Below, in pieces: positions 39,014 through 47,467 of a stretch of DNA of 64,000 nt. Made by a program: the position numbers and the translations under genes. Numbering within the stretch: the stretch's first letter is position 1; the number at the start of each line of letters is the position of its first letter. The stretch comes from a virus. The notes under the pieces were generated by a model that made no database searches, was not told where the DNA came from, and saw nothing but the letters and a program-made list of their open reading frames with translations. The stretch covers positions 56,475-120,474 of the IMG/VR virus record IMGVR_UViG_3300029136_000219; one strand, given 5' to 3'.

Positions 39014-40129
39014 TTGAAAAAAATATTATCAATTATTATATCAATCATGTGTTTTACAGCTTTATGTACCATTGCTGTTGTATCTTATGCAGATGAAATA
39101 GAGCCGTTGTTGAATATTACAAATTATTCAAGTGAAAGCAAAGAAAATCAAAATTTATCACCAACCTCAAATGATTATTCATTACAATGCTATTATTTAA
39201 ACAACAGTATTAAAGTTAATGCATCGTCAATTTATGATAATCAAATATTAACTTGCAGTTTGTATGAGGATAATTTTGATACAGATATTAATATGGATTC
39301 ACTTGTAGTTAAACCGGCAATTGATAGCACACAAATAACTTCAAATTGCTGTTTTGAATTTAATCTTGATAAATTACACAGTGAATATACAGTTATTCTT
39401 ACCAAGTTAATAAATAATCAGGAAACTATTGTTGCGCAGTCAACTGTAAAAGTAAATATAGAAACGCCTAAAATTGAAATAAAGGAAATAAGTGGTAAAT
39501 CAGTAGTGCTTCAGTTCTCTAATGAAAATACCGAAGGCTATGAGTTATATAGAAATGATAAATTGGTTGCAAACTTTAATCAAAATACTTATGAAGATAC
39601 TGATTTACAGCCTGAAACTTCTTATACATATAAAGTAAGAAGTTACAAAAAAATTGATAATAAAAAGGTATATTCTGACTTTTCTAAAGAAGTTGAAGTA
39701 AGAACATTAAGCCAGTATGGTTTACCTGATGTATCAGGTGAATGTAAAACTTATGCATATTACACAGCCGTAACAGCAACAGGAAGCCCACAGTATAAAC
39801 TACTTAACGGACCGAATTGCTATACAGATACCAAAACAGGTATTCGTATGGTTGATGATTGTTATTGTATTGCTCTTGGCTCGTATTATGGTTCTACAAT
39901 CGGTACTAAATATAAAATAAGACTTTCATCAGGAAAGTCGTTCAATGCAATTCTATGCGACCAAAAGTCTAATAGACACACAGATGACAATCATCAATAC
40001 GCTGTGAAAAATAAAGATATTATCGAATTCTATGTTCAGGGAGGATATATACCTTCATCAGTAAATGGTTCATATAATACTATATTTAGTGGTTCTGTTG
40101 TAAGTATTGAGCAATTATCAATTATGTAG
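39014..40129 (+). CDS. secreted FN3-domain protein
   Basis: Signal peptide. FN3-like segment (VVLQFSNENTEGYELYRND...YTYKVRSY). TTG start inferred. The track ATG at 38957 is in frame. Confidence 0.5.
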   Translation: MKKILSIIISIMCFTALCTIAVVSYADEIEPLLNITNYSSESKENQNLSPTSNDYSLQCYYLNNSIKVNASSIYDNQILTCSLYEDNFDTDINMDSLVVKPAIDSTQITSNCCFEFNLDKLHSEYTVILTKLINNQETIVAQSTVKVNIETPKIEIKEISGKSVVLQFSNENTEGYELYRNDKLVANFNQNTYEDTDLQPETSYTYKVRSYKKIDNKKVYSDFSKEVEVRTLSQYGLPDVSGECKTYAYYTAVTATGSPQYKLLNGPNCYTDTKTGIRMVDDCYCIALGSYYGSTIGTKYKIRLSSGKSFNAILCDQKSNRHTDDNHQYAVKNKDIIEFYVQGGYIPSSVNGSYNTIFSGSVVSIEQLSIM

Positions 40130-40157
40130 TTTTTATTTACAAAAATATTTTAAATTT

Positions 40158-40180
40158 TCTTGCGCGATAAATATATAGAA
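40158..40180 (+). promoter_or_regulatory. short promoter-like motif (TTGCGCGATAAATATATAG)
   Basis: Shares the TTGCGCGAT-(A/T)-TATA core with 53.2-53.6 kb. Confidence 0.35.
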
Positions 40181-40230
40181 AGACTTTTTTTAAAAACAAG
40201 TCAAATATTAAAGAAAAGGAGGAAATTTAT

Positions 40231-40566
40231 ATGGACTTAGATAATAAGGTCGGTGAAACTGTTGAAAATGCATCTGTAGAAGCAGACGGAAAAGATGTTA
40301 CTAATACATATGTCACAGAATCAGCACAATACACCGAGGAGCAAGATGCTTCAAAAGAAAAAATGGCAAATATGGCACTTGGTTTTGGCGTCGCTTCGTT
40401 GTTTATTGTTTTATTTGCTATTCCAAGTCTGATTTATGGATACGAGTATAAGAAACAATCTGCAATAACGGAAAATGGTCTAAAAAAAGCAAAAGCCGGT
40501 ATTATTATCAGCTATGTTGCCATTGGCATTGTCTTGCTCACTCAATTTGCTAAACTTTTGGTTTAA
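40231..40566 (+). CDS. DUF4190-like small membrane protein (paralog 1)
   Basis: Two TM helices. LIYGYEYKKQSAITENGLKKAKAGIIISYV parallels 44884. Confidence 0.6.
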   Translation: MDLDNKVGETVENASVEADGKDVTNTYVTESAQYTEEQDASKEKMANMALGFGVASLFIVLFAIPSLIYGYEYKKQSAITENGLKKAKAGIIISYVAIGIVLLTQFAKLLV

Positions 40567-40667
40567 ACAACAAATACGTTTCACAATGTACGGCAAAGAA
40601 ACATTGTTTAGAAAATAAGGTAAACATTATTGTTTGCCTTATTTTCATACAAAAATATTTAGAAAGG

Positions 40668-43475
40668 ATGATTTATATTGAAAAAATATTGTCAATTGTA
40701 CTTGCAATGGCAGTTATGCTTAGCACTGTTGTTATAAGCGGAACTGCATTTGCGGAAGAAAGTACAGAAAAAATCTACACTATGGTGTCAGGTAGACTAA
40801 ATATTAAAACCGGAGTCGAAACAATACCTTCAAATTTTTTGGATAAAGACGATGTTAATAATGTTATAAGTATTACAATGCCTGATACTGTTACCGATAT
40901 TGGTTCAAGAGCCTTTAAAAACTGTGCTAATTTGTCTTATGTTAAATTATCAAAAAACATTACACAAATTAATGACAGTACGTTTTATGGATGCTCACGA
41001 TTAACAGACATTACAATTCCGGCAAAAGTAGAATGTATTGATAAATATGCATTTTATGGTTGCACCAATTTATCAAATATGAATTTTGAATCAAATACAA
41101 CACTAACACAAATTTTATCATACGCATTTTATAATTGTATCTCTTTATCTAACTTTAGTATACCTGATTCGGTTACAACATTGGGAACATATGCTTTTTA
41201 TAATTGTTCTTCACTTACTAATATAACGATTCCTGACAGTGTAAGCGTAGTGCCGGAAAAATGTTTTTATGGTTGTATTAATGCAACTGATTTAAAATTG
41301 TCAAAAACATTAACAGAAATAGGCAATAATGCATTTGAAAATTGTAAAACAATTAAAAGTATAAATATGCCTAATACTGTTGAAAAAGTAGGCGTGGCCG
41401 CATTTAACGGATGTAAGAATGTTAGAAATATTCATATTTCAACGAATCTTGGAAGTTTATCTAAGTCAGTATTTAAAAGTTGTTCAAGTCTAACTTCGTT
41501 AACAATTCCAAATAATATTTACGTAATTAACAGCAATGCATTTACTGATTGCAAATCACTCTTAAATATTATCGTTCCGGAAAATGTTTATATACTTGAC
41601 AATGAAGCTTTTAAAGGATGTACAAATCTTAAAACTTGCCAGTTGCCAACAAAACTCACTTCGATACCGTCAGGATTATTTAGTGGTTGTACTTCACTTG
41701 AAGCTATAACAATTCCTAAAACTGTTAAGTCAATTTCGGCATCGGCATTTTATAATTGTCAATCACTCAAAAATATTGATATTCCTGATACTGTTAAAAC
41801 AATCGGTTCAAGTGCATTTTCAGGTTGCAAGAATATTGAAACATTAAAATTATCAAATAATTGTGAGACAATAGGTGCAAATGCTTTTTACAATTGTTCC
41901 AAAATTCAAAATGTTGAATTGCCTGAGACTGTTAATACAATCGGCGAAAGTGCATTTGCTTATTGCTCTTCACTTTCTGATGTTACTGTAAAATCAAACC
42001 TCGATGCAATAGGTAATAACGCATTTAGCAAAATTAATCGAAATTGTGTATTTCATTGTTATTCAAATGGATATTCGTTTAATTATTTCAAATCTCTTGG
42101 CTATAACGTTGAATGTATAAATCATGACAAAGGCTCATATCAAGTTATAAAGGCAACTCCAAATACAAATGGCTCTTATGGTATTAGATGTAATGCTTGT
42201 GGTGCTATTCTTGAAGATAATAAAGTGATTTTAAGACCTTCATCAATTCATCTATCAACCAATTCTACACCGTATACAGGTAATGAGATAAAACCTGATG
42301 TAACTGTATATGATGCAAAAGGTAATGCTATTAGTAAATCTAATTATGAAGTTGTTTACAATAATAATGTTCATCCCGGTAATGCAACAGTAACAGTTAA
42401 TTTCAAGGGAAAATATTATGAGGGTTCAATGACCTCTGAATTTACAATTAGAACAACTGCAAATATTAATAATCCAATTTATGATTGGGATAATGCTACA
42501 GTAGTTGATTTTTCAAAATCAAAAACATACAAATATACAATTACAAATGATAATTCACTTTCTTATTTTAAAATTAATTCAGCAGATGCAGGATATTATG
42601 AAGTAAGAATATCGGGATATTATCCGGCAACTCCAGATTACAGTTGCTCTATGTTTATTAATAATACTCCTTTTGCAAACAATGCATCATATATTACAAA
42701 CAACGGAATTATAAATGTAAATTCAGCTAATTCAAACGGTGTACTTAAAAGTATTATGCGGTTAGAGCAGGGAAACAACTATGGTGTAATTAATGTTCAA
42801 TATGCTGCTAATAAAAATGCAGGGAAAACTATAACAGTTTCATTTACAAAACATACTTCACATTCAACAGTTGAAAATATAATACCGGCAAGTACAAGCA
42901 CTAACGGTGCAATAGTTAAAAAGTGTAAGGTATGTGGTGAAACAATATCAACTACCGTAATACCCCGAATAAGAAATGTTTCTTTAACTAAAACGAAATT
43001 TGTATATGACGGTAATTCAAGAACACCGTATGTAACTGTTTATAATACAAACGGTAATAAAATTTCATCAGGTTACTATGATGTTACATATAAAAATAAT
43101 AAAAATGTGGGTAAAGGTACAGTGATTATCACTTTAAAAGGTAATTATTCCGGTACTATTACAAAAACATTTAAAATTGTACCAGCAAGCATCAATATTT
43201 CAAGACTTTCGGTCAAAGGAAAGACAGTTACCGTTAAATGGAAAAAGCAGAAAAAACAAGTCACAGGCTATCAAATTAGGTATTCAACTAAATCTAATAT
43301 GAAGTCTTCAAAAACAATTACAATATCTAAAAAATCTACGTCTTCTAAAAAAATTTCTAAACTAAAAAAGAAAAAGAAATACTATATCCAAATAAGAACA
43401 TACAAAAAGATTGGTAAAACTAAGTATTATTCTAATTGGTCTAAAAAAGGTGTAGCTAAAATCGGCAAAAAATAA
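40668..43475 (+). CDS. BspA-like leucine-rich-repeat surface protein with Ig/FN3 modules
   Basis: Signal peptide. At least 15 repeats of IPxxVxxIGxxAFxxCxxLxxI. C-terminal K-rich FN3 module (GYQIRYSTKSN...YYIQIRTYKK) like the 52152 protein. Confidence 0.75.
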   Translation: MIYIEKILSIVLAMAVMLSTVVISGTAFAEESTEKIYTMVSGRLNIKTGVETIPSNFLDKDDVNNVISITMPDTVTDIGSRAFKNCANLSYVKLSKNITQINDSTFYGCSRLTDITIPAKVECIDKYAFYGCTNLSNMNFESNTTLTQILSYAFYNCISLSNFSIPDSVTTLGTYAFYNCSSLTNITIPDSVSVVPEKCFYGCINATDLKLSKTLTEIGNNAFENCKTIKSINMPNTVEKVGVAAFNGCKNVRNIHISTNLGSLSKSVFKSCSSLTSLTIPNNIYVINSNAFTDCKSLLNIIVPENVYILDNEAFKGCTNLKTCQLPTKLTSIPSGLFSGCTSLEAITIPKTVKSISASAFYNCQSLKNIDIPDTVKTIGSSAFSGCKNIETLKLSNNCETIGANAFYNCSKIQNVELPETVNTIGESAFAYCSSLSDVTVKSNLDAIGNNAFSKINRNCVFHCYSNGYSFNYFKSLGYNVECINHDKGSYQVIKATPNTNGSYGIRCNACGAILEDNKVILRPSSIHLSTNSTPYTGNEIKPDVTVYDAKGNAISKSNYEVVYNNNVHPGNATVTVNFKGKYYEGSMTSEFTIRTTANINNPIYDWDNATVVDFSKSKTYKYTITNDNSLSYFKINSADAGYYEVRISGYYPATPDYSCSMFINNTPFANNASYITNNGIINVNSANSNGVLKSIMRLEQGNNYGVINVQYAANKNAGKTITVSFTKHTSHSTVENIIPASTSTNGAIVKKCKVCGETISTTVIPRIRNVSLTKTKFVYDGNSRTPYVTVYNTNGNKISSGYYDVTYKNNKNVGKGTVIITLKGNYSGTITKTFKIVPASINISRLSVKGKTVTVKWKKQKKQVTGYQIRYSTKSNMKSSKTITISKKSTSSKKISKLKKKKKYYIQIRTYKKIGKTKYYSNWSKKGVAKIGKK

Positions 43476-43477
43476 CC

Positions 43478-43517
43478 AGTTCGTCCTCCGGATTGCTTCG
43501 GCACCGGGGGCTTTTTT
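43478..43517 (+). terminator. rho-independent terminator
   Basis: GC-rich hairpin CCGGattgcttcggcaCCGGGGGC, then a T run. Confidence 0.55.
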
Positions 43518-43519
43518 AT

Positions 43520-43588
43520 TAACATTTTGCGAATTTTGGCAAAAACAGCAAATTTTTTTGAAATATTCGCGATTAATAATATAGAACG
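43520..43588 (+). promoter_or_regulatory. conserved promoter-like cassette
   Basis: TTTTGCGAATTTTGGC...GAAATATTCGCGATTAATAATATAGAAC. Confidence 0.5.
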
Positions 43589-43629
43589 ACTGAAAAAAGT
43601 CTGAGTTTTAATAGGAAGGGTGGAATTAA

Positions 43630-44862
43630 GTGGAGTATAAAATCGCAAAACCGGTAAGACTAATTGAGCTTTTTGCAGGTATTGGAAGTCAAGCTAAAGC
43701 ACTTGAATTACTTGGTGTTGATTTTGAACATTGGAAAGTTTGTGAATTTGATGATTATGCTATGAAAAGCTATAACGCAGTTCATAATACAAATTTTAAA
43801 ACATCAGATATTCAAAATCTTACCGCATCCGACTTGGAAATAAAAGATAAAGATAAATATGAATATATAATGACTTATTCATATCCCTGTACTGATATTT
43901 CGATTGCCGGCAAGAAAGAAGGTATGGAAAGAAACAGTGGTACTCGTTCAAGTCTATTATGGGAAGTCGAAAGACTTTTGAAAGAATGTGGTGATAACAA
44001 ACCTCAAATTCTATTGATGGAGAATGTAAGAGAATGCCATAACGGAAAAAATGCTCCATTGTTTTTTGAATGGACTTCATTTCTCCGCTCTATAGGATAC
44101 AAAAACTTTTACACAGATATGGATGCTAAAAATTATGGTATTCCACAAACAAGAAAAAGATGTTTTATGTTATCTATTCTTGATGAAAATGCTTATTATG
44201 AATTTCCACAAGCTTGTGATTTAAACTATTCAGTAAAAGAATTTCTCAAAGATAAAGTTGATAAAAAATACTATGTAAAAGAAGAAACGGCATTACCACT
44301 TATAAAAAAGATGGAAAAAGAGTGCCCCAGTGCAACTATCATTGATGATACATACGGCTTTGATAACAGTGAGGTAAGATTTTTTCCTAATGTGTGCCCG
44401 ACACTTAGAGCTGCAAAGGCTAACTTAAAATGTATTGTCGCTATGAGAGGAAGAAATTCTGATAGCCTAAATCAAACACCCGGTGCTTCTACTGAACAAC
44501 GGCTTGAAAAAAATAAAACCAATTGCTGTAATACAATTACAACAGTACAAAAAGATAATCTTATTTTTGAAAACAAACAGTTGAGAACTCTTACACCAAA
44601 AGAAGTATGGAGATTGTTTGGTTTTGAGGATAAAGATGTAGAAAATGCATCTGAATTTGTTCCTGATACACAATTATATAAACAGGGAGGTAATTGTATT
44701 GTTGTCAATTGCCTTGTTGCCATATTAGGACAGCTATTTAAAGGTAAAGAAAGCGTATATCGTGAAATTGCCAAAAAGCCTTTATTTGATGTTGATTCTC
44801 AGAGTCAATTGACTTTTTCAAATGATTCTGATGACATAAATTTATTTAATTTAACAGCTTGA
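43630..44862 (+). CDS. dcm: DNA (cytosine-5)-methyltransferase
   Basis: GTG after AGGAAGGGTGG. Motif I ELFAGIGS, motif IV YPCTDIS (PC), motif VI LLMENV, motif X QGGN. Confidence 0.8.
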   Translation: MEYKIAKPVRLIELFAGIGSQAKALELLGVDFEHWKVCEFDDYAMKSYNAVHNTNFKTSDIQNLTASDLEIKDKDKYEYIMTYSYPCTDISIAGKKEGMERNSGTRSSLLWEVERLLKECGDNKPQILLMENVRECHNGKNAPLFFEWTSFLRSIGYKNFYTDMDAKNYGIPQTRKRCFMLSILDENAYYEFPQACDLNYSVKEFLKDKVDKKYYVKEETALPLIKKMEKECPSATIIDDTYGFDNSEVRFFPNVCPTLRAAKANLKCIVAMRGRNSDSLNQTPGASTEQRLEKNKTNCCNTITTVQKDNLIFENKQLRTLTPKEVWRLFGFEDKDVENASEFVPDTQLYKQGGNCIVVNCLVAILGQLFKGKESVYREIAKKPLFDVDSQSQLTFSNDSDDINLFNLTA

Positions 44863-44883
44863 TAAGAAAGGAGGAAAAACATA

Positions 44884-45324
44884 ATGGATGTTGAAAAAAA
44901 TGCTCAAATTAACAGCCAAAACAGCGTAAATAATGAAAATCAAGGTAACGTCTACTATTCTCCACCTCAACAAAATAGGGACATCAATAATGATCAATAT
45001 GTCGAAGTAAAAGGAAGTGCTGTTAATAACAACTCACAAAGCACATGTTCTGTTTCGGACAATGAAAATACATCTAATGACGGCTTGTCAATCACTTCAT
45101 TGGTATGTGGTATTCTATCGCTCTTTTTTGTACTTTTAGCAGTACCCGGTCTTATTACAGGTTACTTATATAAGAATAAGCCAATTACTTCTACTCAAGG
45201 AAGAAAATATGCAAAAGCAGGAATTATTTGCAGTTGGATTTCTTTTGGAATCTATATTCTATTATATATTTTGTTGCTAATATGCTTTCTTTTTCCATTG
45301 TTCCATGATGAGGTGATATTTTGA
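44884..45324 (+). CDS. DUF4190-like membrane protein (paralog 2)
   Basis: LITGYLYKNKPITSTQGRKYAKAGIICSWISFGIYIL. Confidence 0.6.
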   Translation: MDVEKNAQINSQNSVNNENQGNVYYSPPQQNRDINNDQYVEVKGSAVNNNSQSTCSVSDNENTSNDGLSITSLVCGILSLFFVLLAVPGLITGYLYKNKPITSTQGRKYAKAGIICSWISFGIYILLYILLLICFLFPLFHDEVIF

Positions 45325-45641
45325 CTGAACTCGAAAAAAATAATTTAGATATTGCAGTAGATAATATTATCTGTTTGTGCGACAAAGAAAGATGGAATTA
45401 TTTCTTTTTTGGTTACACGTTTTTTGTGTTTACACCATTCTCCGGTTGGAAGTTTGACCTTGATGCAAACAAAATTGAGCTTTACCATAAAAATTCTCGT
45501 ATTGAGCCAAATGCTGAAAAGCATAAACAAGAATATCATAACCAAAATAAATCTTTTTCCATTAATGATTTGTTCAGCTATATCAAAAATCATGATAATG
45601 TCTATTTACATAAGAAAAAAAGAGGTTTTGGCGCAATATGA
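45321..45641 (+). CDS. hypothetical protein
   Basis: TTG after GAGGTGA. Confidence 0.5.
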   Translation: MTELEKNNLDIAVDNIICLCDKERWNYFFFGYTFFVFTPFSGWKFDLDANKIELYHKNSRIEPNAEKHKQEYHNQNKSFSINDLFSYIKNHDNVYLHKKKRGFGAI

Positions 45642-46429
45642 AAAGCAAAAAGTTTAAAATTGCAATAGTGATACTCATTATATCTATATTAATAGGTATA
45701 GTAAGTGGAAGTTATTTGGTATACAAACATAATCTGTTAAATGATTACAACACAACAATTTCTCAAATTAAGGATAAAACTACTGACGAAGATAAAAAGT
45801 CTATTTCAAAGAAAAAGCTGAATTTTAAATCTTTAAAGAAAATTAATTCAGATGTAAAAGGATGGCTTTCAATTCCTAATACATATATTGATACACCGGT
45901 TACACAAACTAAAAACAATACATTTTATCTTAAACATAATTTTTATAAAAATTATAGTTTTTACGGAAATGCATTTCTTGACTACCAATGTAATGATAAA
46001 TCTCATTTGAAAATCATTTACGGTCATAATATGAGAGATAATGCACAATTTGGAACTTTGCATGATTTATACAAAAATCCTAATAAAGCAAAAAGCAATT
46101 CCATGATTACTTATGAAACTTCATCCGGAAAATCAGAATGGATTGTTGTTGGTGCTTATTATACAAACGGCACTGAGTTTGCACAAACCAGTGAACAATT
46201 ACGTAATGCTCTTGATAGCAATAGTGTTAATTCTATTGAAAACAAAACGAAACAACTTGATAAGCTTAAAAATAAATTTATTTATACTTCAGATGTTATA
46301 TTTGATGAATATGACAACTATATGGAGCTATACACTTGCTCTTATCAGGTTAAAGGTCAGCGCTTTGTCGTTGTTGCAAGAGAAAAACGTGAAAATGAAC
46401 TTATAACAAACATTGATTACAAAAAATAA
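45638..46429 (+). CDS. sortase (class B-like)
   Basis: N-terminal TM helix. GWLSIPNTYIDTPV, YGHN, LYTCSY (TLxTC-like catalytic Cys), RFVVVA. Confidence 0.7.
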   Translation: MKSKKFKIAIVILIISILIGIVSGSYLVYKHNLLNDYNTTISQIKDKTTDEDKKSISKKKLNFKSLKKINSDVKGWLSIPNTYIDTPVTQTKNNTFYLKHNFYKNYSFYGNAFLDYQCNDKSHLKIIYGHNMRDNAQFGTLHDLYKNPNKAKSNSMITYETSSGKSEWIVVGAYYTNGTEFAQTSEQLRNALDSNSVNSIENKTKQLDKLKNKFIYTSDVIFDEYDNYMELYTCSYQVKGQRFVVVAREKRENELITNIDYKK

Positions 46430-46442
46430 GGAGATTGTTACT

Positions 46443-46607
46443 ATGGAAAAAAATGAAATTATTGAACAAATCGAAAAAATGTCGGATAAACAAAAGGCTA
46501 AGGTTTTAAGTATAGTTTTGGATGAATATCAACATTCAAACTCTAATGATGATTTTGGTCAAAAAGCTGCTGCCGCATTTGAATCGGCTGTAAGATGGTT
46601 ACTCTAA
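46443..46607 (+). CDS. small hypothetical protein
   Basis: ATG after TAAGGAGA. Confidence 0.5.
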   Translation: MEKNEIIEQIEKMSDKQKAKVLSIVLDEYQHSNSNDDFGQKAAAAFESAVRWLL

Positions 46608-46640
46608 TATAGTTTTGAGGGCAGTAATTTATATTACTGC
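46603..46640 (+). terminator. rho-independent terminator
   Basis: GGGCAGTAATttatATTACTGCC, then a T run. Confidence 0.6.
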
Positions 46641-46664
46641 CTTTTTTTATTGTGTTTTTTCTTC

Positions 46665-46735
46665 ATTCTGCGAACTTTTTGCGAATATTGACGATTTTTT
46701 CAAATTTTTCTGAAATATTTGCGATTATATAATGT
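46665..46735 (+). promoter_or_regulatory. conserved promoter-like cassette
   Basis: TCTGCGAACTTTTTGCGAATATTG...GAAATATTTGCGATTATATAATGTAAGG. Confidence 0.5.
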
Positions 46736-46750
46736 AAGGAGAAAAAAGCA

Positions 46751-47371
46751 ATGGGATCAAGCTTTAATAAGTTCAAAATTGTTGATAAAGAAACAACAAT
46801 AGTTTACACACAAGATGTAAATGGAAACATCAATGGTAAATTCTATATTGATACTGAAGATTTGTCAAAAGTCCTTATGGTTAAATGTCGTATTTATAAC
46901 GGCAGAGTAATCTACGACCATCCGGCTGAGGATGGAAAATGTAGGGGGCAAAGACAACTTAGTAGATACATTATGGGTATTGCCGAAGATTACGATGTCA
47001 ATGACAGAAAAAGCTCAGTAGTTGTGGACCATATAGACCACAATCCTTTTAACAATAAAAAATCAAATTTAAGAATTATTACATATAAAGAAAACTTAAA
47101 AAATAGAACAAATGCAAATGATTGTGAATTTTTTAAAGGCATAGCTTTTCGTAATAATTATTATATTGTGAGTATCTGTTACAAGAAAAATTCTGTTTAT
47201 TTAGGACAATACAAAAAATTTCATGAGGCTCTTTTTGCTCGTTTTTTTGCGGAAAAAATGATTTTCGGTGAAGTTAAACAAATGGAAAGACCTACAAAAT
47301 TGAGTGAAGATAGAGAAAAGGAAATAGCTAATAAGGTTATTGCCAAGGTTGTGCTCCTCCAAACTGCCTGA
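46751..47371 (+). CDS. HNH homing-type endonuclease
   Basis: VVVDHIDHNPFNNKKSNLRII gives an HNH motif (DH...N...N). Confidence 0.65.
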   Translation: MGSSFNKFKIVDKETTIVYTQDVNGNINGKFYIDTEDLSKVLMVKCRIYNGRVIYDHPAEDGKCRGQRQLSRYIMGIAEDYDVNDRKSSVVVDHIDHNPFNNKKSNLRIITYKENLKNRTNANDCEFFKGIAFRNNYYIVSICYKKNSVYLGQYKKFHEALFARFFAEKMIFGEVKQMERPTKLSEDREKEIANKVIAKVVLLQTA

Positions 47372-47382
47372 AATTGTTAATG

Positions 47383-47444
47383 TTTTGTAAACACTGAGAA
47401 AAATCACAAATTTTTTTGAAATATTCGCGATTTATATAATGTAA
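47383..47444 (+). promoter_or_regulatory. conserved promoter-like cassette
   Basis: TTTGTAAACACTGAG...GAAATATTCGCGATTTATATAATGTAAGG, directly upstream of the TnpB/Cas12-like gene. Confidence 0.5.
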
Positions 47445-47467
47445 GGCGGTAAAAAGGAGGAATTACT

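Noticed and set aside
45345-46406. ORFs 45345-45593 (-), 45409-45657 (+), 45869-46063 (-), 46113-46406 (+)
   Set aside because: Overlap gene 45321-45641 and the sortase gene, whose frame carries diagnostic motifs (GWL..P, GHN, TC, R).
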